64,000 nt of DNA from Allosphingosinicella sp. Its GTDB lineage: Bacteria > Pseudomonadota > Alphaproteobacteria > Sphingomonadales > Sphingomonadaceae. The DNA lies in NCBI GenBank assembly GCA_036554525.1, contig DATBNC010000010.1:24669-88668 (forward strand), given 5' to 3'. Below, in pieces: positions 11,975 through 21,899 of the stretch; position 1 is the first letter of the stretch, and each line of letters opens with the position of its first letter. Both the position numbers and the translations under genes were made by a program. The notes under the pieces were generated by a model that was given only the letters and a program-made list of their open reading frames with translations, was not told the DNA's origin and searched no databases.

Positions 11975-14836
11975 TCAGAAGCGGAAGCGGCCGGTGAGGC
12001 CGTAGGTCCGCGGCTCCGCGAGGTAGGCGGAGAAGATCTGCCGCCCGCCCGGGAACTGCGGATCGGCGAACGCCGTGGTGGCGGCGCCTTCCTGGAAGGG
12101 CGAGTTGAACGCAACCTGCGTGTACTGCTGGTTGAAGATGTTCTGGCCCCACAGTTCCAGCGCCCAGCGCTCGCCCGGACCGCGGATGCCGACGCGGGCG
12201 TTGAACAGCGCGTAGCTGGTTTGCGCCTTTTGCGGGAACAGGTCGGAGCCGGTGTTATAGTCGCTGGTCAGGCGGCTATCGATGTAGAAAAGGCCGCTGA
12301 GGCCCGACGAGCCGATGTCCGGGGTCCAGGTGACCGAGGCGGTGGCAACCGCCTGCGGAGCGTTGGACAGGTTGTTGCCCGGCAGCTTGCGGAGCGCCTG
12401 GTCGAGCGGCGCGCCCGACTGGTTGCCGACCAGATTGTTACGGTACTTAGTGTCGGCGTAGGTGAAGCCGGCGTTGATCATCAGGTCCCGCATGACGCGG
12501 AACGAGCTTTCGATCTCAATGCCGGTCGAGCGCACACCGTAGCCGACGTCGTCCGCCGCGCAGGCACCCGTCGTTCCCGCTGCCGCATTGAAGTTCGCCG
12601 TTCCGGGGAACTTGCTCTGATCGCGATCGCCGCCGTTCAGGTCGGTGCCGCAGCCGTTCACCGTCTGCACCAGGAAGACGGTGCCGTTGAAGGTGTTGAG
12701 CTGGAAGTTGCGGAAGCGCTGCTGGAAGGCGGCGACGTTGATCGTGATCGGCCCACGGCTGTACTTGCCGCCGATCTCGATTGCGTTGTTGATCTCCGGA
12801 TCGAACTGGAGGTTGGCGGCAAGCGCCTGTGCCCCGCCCGGCGTCGCAGCGAACGGCAGAAGCGGGCTCTTCAGCGCCGAGCGATCGAGGTTGAAGCCGC
12901 CCGCCTTGTAGCCGCGCGAGTAGGATGCGTAGAGCAACAGGTCGTTCGACGCTTCGTACGACAGGATGCCGGTGCCGGTGAATTCGTCCTCGCTGCGCCG
13001 GCTGTTGATGCTGACGTTGTTCAGCTCGGACGTGGAGTTGCCCTGGCAGGTGAGGCTGATCAGGCCGCCGGCGGTGGCTGCAAGACCTGCATTAGCGAGG
13101 AACGGCGCAAGCGCCGCCTGCTGCGCCACGCAGGCCGTGTTGTCGTTGCCGAACGTCGCGTTGAACTTCTTGCGCTCGTTCGTATAGCGCAGGCCCACCG
13201 TCACCGAGAGCGCGTCGCTGACGTGGAAGATGTTGTGGGTGAACACCGCATAGTTGCGGCTGTTCTGGAAGTAGCGGTCGAGCGTGCTGCCGCGGTTGTT
13301 GACGCTGTCCAAACGGTCGAAGCCGGCAACGATGGCCGGGCCGGCGGCACCGAACGGCGAAGGGATGCCCGGCGCCAGCGCGTTGCTGAGCACCGCGCGG
13401 CCGGTTGGGCTGATGCAGCCCGCGCTCGTCGGCGAGTAGAATTGCGCAAGCGCGCTGCCCGAGACGATGCGGCAGGTGGCGAAGCGGCCATATTGGCTGC
13501 CGAAGCGCAGGTTGTCGGTTACTGTCAGGTCTTCATCGGCGAAATAGCCGCCGACCAGCCAGTCCAGCTTGTCGTTAAAGGCTTGGCCCTGAAGGCGCAG
13601 TTCCTGGCTGAAGGTCTTGAAGTTGCGGGCCGATCCGCCGTCGGCGGCGCGGTACAGGATGTCGACCTGGCTGTAGTCGGTGTCGGAGCCCTGATCGCTC
13701 TTATAATCGCGATAGGCGGTGATCGAGCTCAAGGTTGCCGCGCCCAGCGTCCAGTCGACGTTGAGCGAGATGCCCTTGTCCTCGGTCTCGCCGCGGAAGC
13801 TGCGGCCCGGGCTGACGTAGATCTGTCGGCTGAACGGATCGTTGAGCGCCGCAAGCGGCTGACCGAGATCGCGCAGCACGTTGACGATGTTGTTGCCGTT
13901 CGGGTTCACCGCGCCGCCGACCAGGATCGGGGTCGCCGGCTCGTTGAGGTTGCCGATCCGCGCGTTGAAGTCGCGGTCGAGATAAACGGCGCCGCAGCAG
14001 GATTCGTCCCGCTTGGTGTAATCGGCGATGACGCGCACTTCGAGATCGTCATTCGGTTCGAACAGAAGCTGGCCGCGCACGAAGTAGCGGTCGCGATCGT
14101 TGACGCGCTTCTCGGTGCCGCCGGTCGGATTGGCAACGCGAAGGAAGCCATCGCGCTGGACGTAGACGCCGTCCAGGCGGAAGCCGAGCGTGTCGCCGAT
14201 CGGGCCGGTGATGCCGCCGCTGGCGCGCTTGAAATCGTAGTTGCCGTAGGAAAGCTCACCGAAGCCTTCGAGCTGGTTCATGTTCGGCTTTTTGGAAATG
14301 ATATTCAGCAGGCCGGCCGAGGCGTTGCGGCCGAACAGGGTGCCCTGCGGCCCGCGAAGCACCTCGACGCGCTCGATCTCGCCGAGCTCGCTGAGGCCGA
14401 TGCCCGAGCGCGAACGGTAAACGCCGTCAATGAACACGGCGACCGAGCTTTCAAGGCCGGGGTTGTCGCCAACGGTGCCGATGCCGCGGATACGGGCGGA
14501 GCCGTTGGCTTCCGAACCGGTGGAGGAAACGAGCAGCGACGGCGCCACCTGATTGAGCTGGCGGATGTCGCTCGCGCCGGTGTTCTGGAGCGTTTCGGCG
14601 GACACGGCGGTGACGGCGATCGGCACGTCCTGAAGGACCTGGCGGCGGCCCTGCGCGGTGATCACGATTTCCTGGGGATTTTCATCCGTCGGGGTGACGT
14701 CGGCATTGGCGTCGACTTCGCCCGCGGATTCGACCGGCGAGGTCTGGCCGGTGGACTGCGTGTTGTTCTGCGCAAAAGCCGGCGATGCGGTCAGCGCGGC
14801 GATCCCGGCCGACATCAGCCAAAACGATCTGGACAT
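11975..14836 (-). CDS. TonB-dependent receptor
   Basis: 953 aa. Signal peptide ending AFAQ, plug-domain motifs (IVITAQGRRQ..; VEVLRGPQGTLFGRNA), long beta-barrel and terminal aromatic ..GLTGRFRF. Confidence 0.9.
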   Translation of the reverse strand: MSRSFWLMSAGIAALTASPAFAQNNTQSTGQTSPVESAGEVDANADVTPTDENPQEIVITAQGRRQVLQDVPIAVTAVSAETLQNTGASDIRQLNQVAPSLLVSSTGSEANGSARIRGIGTVGDNPGLESSVAVFIDGVYRSRSGIGLSELGEIERVEVLRGPQGTLFGRNASAGLLNIISKKPNMNQLEGFGELSYGNYDFKRASGGITGPIGDTLGFRLDGVYVQRDGFLRVANPTGGTEKRVNDRDRYFVRGQLLFEPNDDLEVRVIADYTKRDESCCGAVYLDRDFNARIGNLNEPATPILVGGAVNPNGNNIVNVLRDLGQPLAALNDPFSRQIYVSPGRSFRGETEDKGISLNVDWTLGAATLSSITAYRDYKSDQGSDTDYSQVDILYRAADGGSARNFKTFSQELRLQGQAFNDKLDWLVGGYFADEDLTVTDNLRFGSQYGRFATCRIVSGSALAQFYSPTSAGCISPTGRAVLSNALAPGIPSPFGAAGPAIVAGFDRLDSVNNRGSTLDRYFQNSRNYAVFTHNIFHVSDALSVTVGLRYTNERKKFNATFGNDNTACVAQQAALAPFLANAGLAATAGGLISLTCQGNSTSELNNVSINSRRSEDEFTGTGILSYEASNDLLLYASYSRGYKAGGFNLDRSALKSPLLPFAATPGGAQALAANLQFDPEINNAIEIGGKYSRGPITINVAAFQQRFRNFQLNTFNGTVFLVQTVNGCGTDLNGGDRDQSKFPGTANFNAAAGTTGACAADDVGYGVRSTGIEIESSFRVMRDLMINAGFTYADTKYRNNLVGNQSGAPLDQALRKLPGNNLSNAPQAVATASVTWTPDIGSSGLSGLFYIDSRLTSDYNTGSDLFPQKAQTSYALFNARVGIRGPGERWALELWGQNIFNQQYTQVAFNSPFQEGAATTAFADPQFPGGRQIFSAYLAEPRTYGLTGRFRF

Positions 14837-14839
14837 ATA

Positions 14840-14875
14840 CCCCTCCCTAAGTTTTCTTTGTCTTTGGGAGGGAGG
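14840..14875 (-). promoter_or_regulatory. 5' leader hairpin able to pair with the receptor's Shine-Dalgarno sequence
   Basis: On the minus strand, CCUCCCU (14869-14875) is complementary to the AGGGAGG of the [11 protein letters not shown] (14840-14848), which lies 3 nt before ATG 14836. The loop is 20 nt. Confidence 0.3.
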
Positions 14876-14961
14876 CTAGCGCATATCGCCGCCGCTTCGC
14901 CAGCGCAAAAACCTGACTTTTCTGCGGGTTTCGCTTATTGATGCAAAAACGCAACATTCCC

Positions 14962-15002
14962 GTTTCAAAACGAAACCGGGCGGAAATCGCGTCCCGCCCG
15001 GT
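14962..15002 (-). terminator. Rho-independent terminator downstream of infC
   Basis: On the minus strand, ACCGGGCGG-(10 nt)-CCGCCCGGT (9-bp stem, 14975-15002) is followed by TTCGTTTTG. Confidence 0.55.
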
Positions 15003-15042
15003 TGCCGTTACGGCATGCTGCTTTTCAGTGAGATCGGCGCGC

Positions 15043-15573
15043 TTACTTCGGCGAAAGCACCATCAGCATCTGCCGGCCTTCCATGCGCGGATGCTGCTCG
15101 ACCTTGGCGGTTTCGGCGACATCGGCCTGCACGCGCTGGAGGAGAACCATGCCGAGCTGGCCGTGGGCGAGCTCGCGCCCGCGGAAGCGCAGAGTGATCT
15201 TCACCTTGTCGCCGTCGCCGATGAAGTCGCGGACCTTCTTCATCTTGGTATCGTAATCGTGGTCGTCGATGTTGGGACGCATTTTGATCTCTTTGATCTC
15301 CTGCGTCTTTTGCGACTTGCGGGCGAGGTTCGCCTTTTTCTGCGCCTCGTATTTGAACTTGCCGACATCGAGGAACTTGCAGACCGGCGGGTCCGCGCTT
15401 GGCGACACTTCCACGAGATCCAGGCCGACGGCCGCGGCCTGCTCGATCGCTTCGCCGGTCAGCAGCACGCCGATATTCTCGCCATTCTCATCGATCACGC
15501 GCACTTTCGGCACGGAGATGAATTCATTGAAGCGAGGACCGTTAAGCGGCGGCGCCTGCGGGCGCCTCATCAT
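15043..15573 (-). CDS. infC: Translation initiation factor IF-3
   Basis: [72 protein letters not shown] is canonical IF-3. The true start may be an upstream in-frame ATA (15585) or ATT (15591); see findings. Confidence 0.95.
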   Translation of the reverse strand: MMRRPQAPPLNGPRFNEFISVPKVRVIDENGENIGVLLTGEAIEQAAAVGLDLVEVSPSADPPVCKFLDVGKFKYEAQKKANLARKSQKTQEIKEIKMRPNIDDHDYDTKMKKVRDFIGDGDKVKITLRFRGRELAHGQLGMVLLQRVQADVAETAKVEQHPRMEGRQMLMVLSPK

Positions 15574-15750
15574 GGGCGGACGTATAACAATTTCTCCAGG
15601 TTAGACACGTATGCGTGCCAATTAGTCGTTCCCCCGCCCGAATGAAAGACGCACGAGCGCGTCCCCGGTTGCTTTTCCCACCGCCTGTTGCGGCGCGGAC
15701 GCGATTGCCGAATTTGCAATCGGATCGGGTGGCGCCGGGCCTGCCTCAGG

Positions 15751-16086
15751 TTAGCGGGCGGAGGGCACCAATGGCGGGTCGCCCGTCCGCGGCTTAGATG
15801 TTGGAATAATCCAAACACGAACAAAGCCCGCCCTCTTCAGCGAACCATAAACGGCGTCGACGCATTTCTGCGGCACGTCGTCGAAGCGGAAGAGCAACGC
15901 GGTGTCGTGACCTCGATCCCACTCACGAGCAAGGCGCTCGAGGCCTTCCAGTTCGGCGCCCGCACCGTTCCAGTCGTAACCGCATTCGCCGCGATAAGTC
16001 CCCACCGTTGCATACGGCAAAGCGGGCGGGGCCTGGGTGCAGGCTGCCGTCATCAGCAAGCAAGGTGCGATGAAAGCCGATCGCAT
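15751..16086 (-). CDS. Hypothetical lipoprotein
   Basis: 111-aa ORF between thrS and infC on the same strand, with a signal peptide and lipobox (CLLMTAAC). No recognisable domain. Preferred over the opposite-strand ORF 15688..16092. Confidence 0.45.
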   Translation of the reverse strand: MRSAFIAPCLLMTAACTQAPPALPYATVGTYRGECGYDWNGAGAELEGLERLAREWDRGHDTALLFRFDDVPQKCVDAVYGSLKRAGFVRVWIIPTSKPRTGDPPLVPSAR

Positions 16087-16098
16087 TGCTAAGCCCGA

Positions 16099-18099
16099 CT
16101 ACCGCAAATCCGGCGGCGTCGCCTCTGACGCCAGGCGCGCCACCAGTGCGTCGAGAGGCAGCACTTCCTGACGGGCGTCGGTGCCGAGGGGGCGCAAGGC
16201 GACGGTGCCTTCTTCCGCTTCGCGCTTGCCGATGACGAGGAGGTTGGGGACCTTCTTCAGGCTGTGCTCGCGCACCTTGTAGTTGATCTTCTCGTTGCGA
16301 AGATCGGTCTCCACCCGTAGCCCCGCCGCGCGCAGCTTGGCCGCGACTTCTTCGGCATAGCCGTCGGCTTCCGAGACGATGGTTGCGACCACCGCCTGCA
16401 CCGGGGCGAGCCACATCGGGAATTTGCCGGCGTGGTGCTCGATCAGGATGCCGATGAAGCGCTCGAACGAGCCAAGGATCGCGCGGTGAAGCATCACCGG
16501 CCGGTGGCGCTGGCCGTCCTCGCCAACATAGCTTGAGTCCAGCCGGTCGGGCAGCACCGTGTCGGTCTGGATGGTGCCGACCTGCCACGTCCGCCCGATC
16601 GCGTCGGTGAGGTGGAACTCGAGCTTCGGTGCGTAGAATGCGCCTTCCCCGGGAAGCTCCTCCCAGCCGAACTCTGGCGTGTCGCGGCCCGCCGCCTTTA
16701 CCGCGTCGCGAAGCGATTGCTCCGACCAGTCCCACATCTCCTCCGAACCGAAGCGCTTATCCGGGCGGAGGGCGAGCTTGATCTGGTAATCGGGGAAGCC
16801 GAGATCCTTGTAGACCACGTCGAGCAGGTCGAGAAACAGCCGCACTTCCTCGACCAGCTGATCCTCGCGGCAGAAGATGTGCGCATCGTCCTGGGTGAAC
16901 TGGCGCACGCGCAATATGCCGTGCAGCGCGCCGTGCGGCTCGTTGCGGTGGCAGACGCCCATCTCGGCCAGCCGGATCGGCAGGTCGCGATACGACTTGA
17001 TGCCCTGGCGGAAGATGAGGACATGCGCCGGGCAGTTCATCGGCTTCAGCGCCATCCAGTCGCCTTCGCCGGAGATCACCGGGCCTTCATCCTCGATGTT
17101 CGGCACTTCGTCGGGAATGACGAACATATTCTCGCGATACTTGCCCCAGTGGCCGGACTGCTCCCACTGGCGCGCGTCCATCACCTGCGGAGTCTTCACT
17201 TCCTCATAGCCGGCCGCGTCGAGGCGGCGGCGCATATAGGCTTCGAGCTGGCGCCAGATCACGAAGCCCGCCGGGTGCCAGAAGACCGAACCGTGCGCCT
17301 CCTGCTGGAGGTGGAACAGGTCCATGTCCTGCCCGATGCGGCGGTGGTCGCGCTTGGCCGCTTCTTCCAGCCGCGTCAGATGCTCGGCAAGCTGCTTCTT
17401 GTTGAGCCAGCCGGTGCCGTAGATGCGGCTCAGCATCGCGTTCTTCTGGTCGCCGCGCCAATAAGCGCCGGACACGCGCGTCAGCTTGAACGCCTGCGGA
17501 TCGAGCTTGCCGGTGGAGGCCAAGTGCGGCCCGCGGCACAGATCGAGCCAGCCGCCCGAGCGGTACATGGTGATCGTTTCTTCCGCCGGGAGCTCCATCA
17601 CCCACTCGGCCTTGAACGTCTCTCCCTGGTCCAGGAAGAATTGCCGCACCTTGTCGCGGGTCCAAACTTCGCGGATCAGCGGCTCGTCGCGGGCAATCAC
17701 CCGGCGCATTTCCTCCTCGATCGCCGGCAGGTCCTCGTCGGTGAACGGCCCCCGCTCCGGATTCGGCGCGAAATCGTAATAGAAACCATCGTCCGTCGCT
17801 GGGCCGAAGGTGATCTGCGTTCCGGGAAACAGGTTCTGCACCGCTTCGGCGAGGACGTGGGCGAAATCGTGCCGCACCAGCTCGAGCGCATCGGCTTCGT
17901 CGCGGGCGGTGACCAGCGCAAGCTCCGCGTCGCCCTCCAGCGGGCGGTTCAGGTCGCGAAGCTCGCCATTCACCTTCGCGGCCAACGCCGCCTTGGCGAG
18001 GCCGGGGCCGATCGCGGCGGCGACATCGGCGGGGGTGGTGCCTTCCGCCACTTCGCGCACGGAGCCATCGGGAAGGCGGACTTTGAAATGCTGGGTCAT
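16099..18099 (-). CDS. thrS: Threonine--tRNA ligase
   Basis: 666 aa from ATG 18097-18099 ([17 protein letters not shown].., TGS domain), then the second additional domain and class II core ([10 protein letters not shown].., [26 protein letters not shown]). The upstream part of track ORF 16099..19389 is antisense read-through. Confidence 0.95.
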   Translation of the reverse strand: MTQHFKVRLPDGSVREVAEGTTPADVAAAIGPGLAKAALAAKVNGELRDLNRPLEGDAELALVTARDEADALELVRHDFAHVLAEAVQNLFPGTQITFGPATDDGFYYDFAPNPERGPFTDEDLPAIEEEMRRVIARDEPLIREVWTRDKVRQFFLDQGETFKAEWVMELPAEETITMYRSGGWLDLCRGPHLASTGKLDPQAFKLTRVSGAYWRGDQKNAMLSRIYGTGWLNKKQLAEHLTRLEEAAKRDHRRIGQDMDLFHLQQEAHGSVFWHPAGFVIWRQLEAYMRRRLDAAGYEEVKTPQVMDARQWEQSGHWGKYRENMFVIPDEVPNIEDEGPVISGEGDWMALKPMNCPAHVLIFRQGIKSYRDLPIRLAEMGVCHRNEPHGALHGILRVRQFTQDDAHIFCREDQLVEEVRLFLDLLDVVYKDLGFPDYQIKLALRPDKRFGSEEMWDWSEQSLRDAVKAAGRDTPEFGWEELPGEGAFYAPKLEFHLTDAIGRTWQVGTIQTDTVLPDRLDSSYVGEDGQRHRPVMLHRAILGSFERFIGILIEHHAGKFPMWLAPVQAVVATIVSEADGYAEEVAAKLRAAGLRVETDLRNEKINYKVREHSLKKVPNLLVIGKREAEEGTVALRPLGTDARQEVLPLDALVARLASEATPPDLR

Positions 18100-18195
18100 G
18101 GCTTTGAGCCTGTAACGGCCAAGGCCAAATGGCGAAAGGGCTTGCGCGTGCCGCACCCGCGTTGCACCCTCAAGGCTTACGGGGGGCCGAAATTC

Positions 18196-19275
18196 ATGAA
18201 TGAGATGCGTGACATGCGCGCCGCACACACGCCGGCGAGCGCTTTTACCTTTACCGGCACGTGGCGGGAATTCCTGCCCATCGCCCTCACCAACCTGCTG
18301 CTGACCGTGGTCACGCTCGGCATATACCGCTTCTGGGCCAAGGCGCGCGAGCGTCGCTACCTGTGGAGCCGCACCCACTTCATCGACGACCATCTCGAAT
18401 GGACCGGCACCGGCAAGGAGATGTTTATCGGGTTCCTGGTGGTGATGCTGGTGCTGTTGCCGCTGTTCCTGGCCTTCCAGTTCGGCCTTCAGGCGCTGGT
18501 GATGCGCGGTGAGGTCGCTGCCGCGGGGGCTTTGACGCTGATCCTCTACGGTGGCTTTTTTTACCTGATCGGCGTCGGCCAGTTTCGCGCGCTTCGCTAC
18601 CGCCTCAGCCGCACCTGGTGGCACGGCATCCGCGGCGGCAGCTTCCAGCCGGGCTGGAGCTACGGCTTCAAATTCCTGTGGAAGATGTTCCTCGGCTACG
18701 TCCCCGCAAGCCTTCTTCTGCCCTGGTCGATGGTCAGCCTGTGGAACGACCGCTTCAACGAAATGAGCTTCGGCCCTCACCAGATCGAAGCGCGCGCCGA
18801 TACGGACGGCCTGTTCGGCCGCTGGCTGCTGATCTACCTCGCCGTGATCGTCGGCGTGATCGGAGCGCTGGTTCTCGGCTTCGGCATAGGCGCCTCCACC
18901 GGTTCTACCGGCGCCGGGATCACCGCCGCAATTCTCGCCGGCCTCGGATTGTACGTGATCGTCGGGGTTGCCAGCCTCGCTTTCTACGCGGCTTATTACC
19001 GCAAGGTGGTGGGCGCGACCTCGTTCGGCGGCCTCGGCTTCGAGTTCACGGCGCGCACGGCCGACTGGTTCAAGCTCATTCTCGGCAACATCGCGCTCGT
19101 TGTCCTGACGCTCGGCTTCGGAATGATGTTCGTTGGCTACCGCAATTGGGCGTTTTTCGTGCGCTTTATGGAAGCCACCGGCGAGATCGATCTCGACCAC
19201 CTTACCCAGTCCGCCACCTCCGCCACCAGCGATGCCGAGGGTCTCGCCGACGCCTTCGATATCGGCGCGATCTGA
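18196..19275 (+). CDS. YjgN/DUF898 family inner-membrane protein
   Basis: ATG at 18196 ([49 protein letters not shown]..). Duplicated multi-TM architecture with repeated W/RF motifs typical of DUF898. Confidence 0.8.
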   Translation: MNEMRDMRAAHTPASAFTFTGTWREFLPIALTNLLLTVVTLGIYRFWAKARERRYLWSRTHFIDDHLEWTGTGKEMFIGFLVVMLVLLPLFLAFQFGLQALVMRGEVAAAGALTLILYGGFFYLIGVGQFRALRYRLSRTWWHGIRGGSFQPGWSYGFKFLWKMFLGYVPASLLLPWSMVSLWNDRFNEMSFGPHQIEARADTDGLFGRWLLIYLAVIVGVIGALVLGFGIGASTGSTGAGITAAILAGLGLYVIVGVASLAFYAAYYRKVVGATSFGGLGFEFTARTADWFKLILGNIALVVLTLGFGMMFVGYRNWAFFVRFMEATGEIDLDHLTQSATSATSDAEGLADAFDIGAI

Positions 19276-19283
19276 GGACCGGC

Positions 19284-20357
19284 ATGGCTGAGGCCTGGCT
19301 CTACGACGGCGAAACCGCTGTCCGGCACGCGGTCGAAGTGGAGGAAGCACCCTGCCGCCTTCGCATTCGATTCGCCGACGGAGACACACTCGATCTCGGG
19401 CTCGACCAGCTGATCCACGTCGAAAGCCGCTCCGGCCACGAAGTCTATGGCCGCCCCGACATGCAGGGCTGGCGGCTCGGCATTCCCGAAGGCGCAGTGG
19501 CGCAGCTCGCCGCCGTTCTGCCGCGCCGCCAGCGTTACGGGCGGCTGATCGACAAGGTCGGCCTCTGGCCGGCGGTGGCCGCCTGCCTCGCCGTCTCCGC
19601 GCTGGTGATCTTCGCCGGCGGCAAGATGCCCGAATGGCTTGCGCCGCACGTGCCGGCGTCGTGGGAGAAGAGCTACGGCGACGCCCTTGTCGGCGATCTC
19701 GGCGGCAAATATTGCAACGGCCCGGGCGGGCAGGCGGCGCTCAACAAGCTGGCGCTGAAGCTCTCTCCGGGAGCCAAGGACCTCAAGGTCCGGGTAGTCG
19801 ACATTGACCTCGTCAACGCCGCCGCTCTGCCGGGGGGGACCATCGTGGTCTTCGAGGAATTGCTCGCGGAGGCGGACTCGCCCGACGAAGTGGCCGGGGT
19901 GCTGGGGCATGAGCTCGCCCATGTCGAGCGCCGCCACGTCACCCAGGCGATGATCCGCGACTTGGGCCTTGGCCTGATCGTCAGCGCCTTCGGCGGCAAC
20001 ACCGGCGGAAGCATCAACGGCCTTCTCGCCGCCGGCTATTCGCGCGGATCGGAGCGGGAAGCGGACCGCGACGCCATCGCCAAGCTGCGCGCCGCGGGCA
20101 TCGACCCGCTGCCCACCGCCGGCTTCTTCAAGAAGCTCGCCGACCAGGAGGCAAGGCTTGGCGGCGTGGCCGAGAGCCTGTCTTATGTCTCCACCCACCC
20201 GATGTCGGGCGAGCGGCAGAAGGCCTTTACCGACAGCCGCCAGCCCGGCCGCCGCTACCAGCCCGCCCTGAGCCGCGACGAGTGGGAGGCCTTGTTCAAC
20301 ATCTGCGCCTTCGATCCGGCCCGCAAGAAAGCCAAGAGCTTCAACCCGTTCAACTGA
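19284..20357 (+). CDS. M48 family zinc metallopeptidase with an N-terminal cytoplasmic domain and one TM segment
   Basis: ATG at 19284, 8 nt after the DUF898 gene. Contains [10 protein letters not shown] (HExxH), a downstream E ([10 protein letters not shown]) and a TM helix [21 protein letters not shown]. Confidence 0.85.
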   Translation: MAEAWLYDGETAVRHAVEVEEAPCRLRIRFADGDTLDLGLDQLIHVESRSGHEVYGRPDMQGWRLGIPEGAVAQLAAVLPRRQRYGRLIDKVGLWPAVAACLAVSALVIFAGGKMPEWLAPHVPASWEKSYGDALVGDLGGKYCNGPGGQAALNKLALKLSPGAKDLKVRVVDIDLVNAAALPGGTIVVFEELLAEADSPDEVAGVLGHELAHVERRHVTQAMIRDLGLGLIVSAFGGNTGGSINGLLAAGYSRGSEREADRDAIAKLRAAGIDPLPTAGFFKKLADQEARLGGVAESLSYVSTHPMSGERQKAFTDSRQPGRRYQPALSRDEWEALFNICAFDPARKKAKSFNPFN

Positions 20358-20391
20358 CCGGCTGGGCAGCGCCGCGACCTCGGGTTAGGGC

Positions 20392-21126
20392 GTGGCCATG
20401 ACCGAGACGTTGCAATCGCGCGAACTCCGCCTCGCCTGCCGCCACCGCTCCGGGCGCTGGCCGACGATCCTGTTTCTGCCCGGCTACATGTCCGACATGG
20501 AAGGCGGCAAGGCGACCGCGCTGGACGAATGGGCGGCTTCGGAAGGCCGCGCAATGCTGCGCTTCGATTATGGCGGGTGCGGCGCTAGCGAAGGCGCGTT
20601 CGAGGACCAGAGCCTCGCCGACTGGCGGGACGACGCGCTTGCCGCGATCGACAGCGTGGAAGGTCCAGTGCTGCTCGTCGGCTCTTCGATGGGCGGCTGG
20701 CTGATGCTGCTCGCCGCGCTTGCCAGGCCGGAGCGGGTGGCGGGGCTGGTCGGTATCGCCGCGGCGCCCGATTTCACCCGCTGGGGCTTCACCGACGCGC
20801 AGAAGCGCACCATCCGCGAAGAAGGCCAGCTCGAGGAGCATTCGCCTTATGGGGACGCGCCCTACGTCACCACCCGCACCTTCTGGGAAAGCGGCGAGGC
20901 GCTGACCCTGCTCGACGCGGAGATTGCAATCGATCACCCGGTGCGGCTGCTCCACGGCATCGAAGACGCGGACGTACCCTCCAGCATCTCGCTCGATCTT
21001 CTCGCCCGCCTCCGTTCACCGGACGTGCAGGCGACTTTGGTCAAAGGCGGAGACCATCGGCTGTCGCGCCCCGGAGACATCGCGCTCCTTATCGCAACGG
21101 TCAGTCAGCTGCTGGAGCGCCCTTGA
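20392..21126 (+). CDS. Alpha/beta-fold hydrolase
   Basis: Nucleophile elbow GSSMGG, ILFLPGYMSDMEG, and C-terminal ..LHGIEDADVP..GGDHRL (Asp/His). Start is GTG 20392 or ATG 20398. Confidence 0.8.
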   Translation: MAMTETLQSRELRLACRHRSGRWPTILFLPGYMSDMEGGKATALDEWAASEGRAMLRFDYGGCGASEGAFEDQSLADWRDDALAAIDSVEGPVLLVGSSMGGWLMLLAALARPERVAGLVGIAAAPDFTRWGFTDAQKRTIREEGQLEEHSPYGDAPYVTTRTFWESGEALTLLDAEIAIDHPVRLLHGIEDADVPSSISLDLLARLRSPDVQATLVKGGDHRLSRPGDIALLIATVSQLLERP

Positions 21127-21899
21127 CCGCCTTGTTGTTCGCACTCGCCGCCGCCGCCCAGAGCGGCCCCGCCGACGACACCGAAGCCCGCTACCGCGCC
21201 TGCACCGCCCTTGTCCGCACCGCGCCCGACAAGGCGATCGCGAGCGCCGACGCGTGGCGGCTCCAGGGCGGCGGGCTCGACGCGCGCCAGTGCCTCGGCT
21301 TGGCCTACGCCGCCGCCTTACGCTGGGCGCCCGCCGCCACCGCTTTCGAGCAGGCAGCCCGCGAGGCGGAGACCAAGAAGGACGGACGAAGCGCCGATTT
21401 CTGGACCCAGTCCGGCAATGCCTGGCTCGCCGGCGGCGAACACGCAAAGGCGATTGCCGCTTTCGACGCCGCCCTAGCGACGTCCGCGCTTCAGGGCGAG
21501 CTTCGCGGCGAAGTGCATCTCGACCGCGCCCGCGCCGCCGCGGGCATGGGCAACATGGCCGCCGCGCGCGCCGATCTCGATAAGGCCGTCTCGCTGGTGC
21601 CGGTGGACCCGATGGCCTGGTACCTGTCCGCCGCCGTCGCCCGCCGCGAAGGCAACCTTCAGCGCGCCTCCACCGAGATCGCCAAGGCGCTCGAACTCGC
21701 CCCGCGCGAGGCCTCCATCCTGCTCGAAGCGGGCAACATCACCGGCATGCTCGGCGACCTCCCCGCCGCCAAAGCGCTCTACGCCCGCGCCGCCCGGAGC
21801 GACCCCGAAAGCCCCGCCGGCCGCGCCGCCGCCGCCGCCCTCGCCGCAAACGGGACAGAGGAAGCGGCGCCGGCCGACGCCAAGCCTCAGTCTAGGTAG
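21123..21899 (+). CDS. Tetratricopeptide-repeat protein (secreted)
   Basis: TTG start overlaps the hydrolase stop (TTGA). Ala-rich TPR-like repeats (..AKAIAAFDAALA.., ..AAARADLDKAVSLVPVDPMAWY.., ..QRASTEIAKALELAP..). Confidence 0.65.
   Translation: MTALLFALAAAAQSGPADDTEARYRACTALVRTAPDKAIASADAWRLQGGGLDARQCLGLAYAAALRWAPAATAFEQAAREAETKKDGRSADFWTQSGNAWLAGGEHAKAIAAFDAALATSALQGELRGEVHLDRARAAAGMGNMAAARADLDKAVSLVPVDPMAWYLSAAVARREGNLQRASTEIAKALELAPREASILLEAGNITGMLGDLPAAKALYARAARSDPESPAGRAAAAALAANGTEEAAPADAKPQSR

Noticed and set aside
12221-14941. 906-aa ORF on the + strand
   Set aside because: It is antisense to the TonB-dependent receptor. The sequence is low-complexity and Ala/Arg/Gly/Val-rich, with no signal peptide or motif.
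15688-16092. 134-aa + strand ORF between infC and thrS
   Set aside because: It overlaps the minus-strand ORF 15751..16086. That ORF has a signal peptide and lipobox and shares the orientation of its neighbours, so I preferred it, though with only modest confidence.
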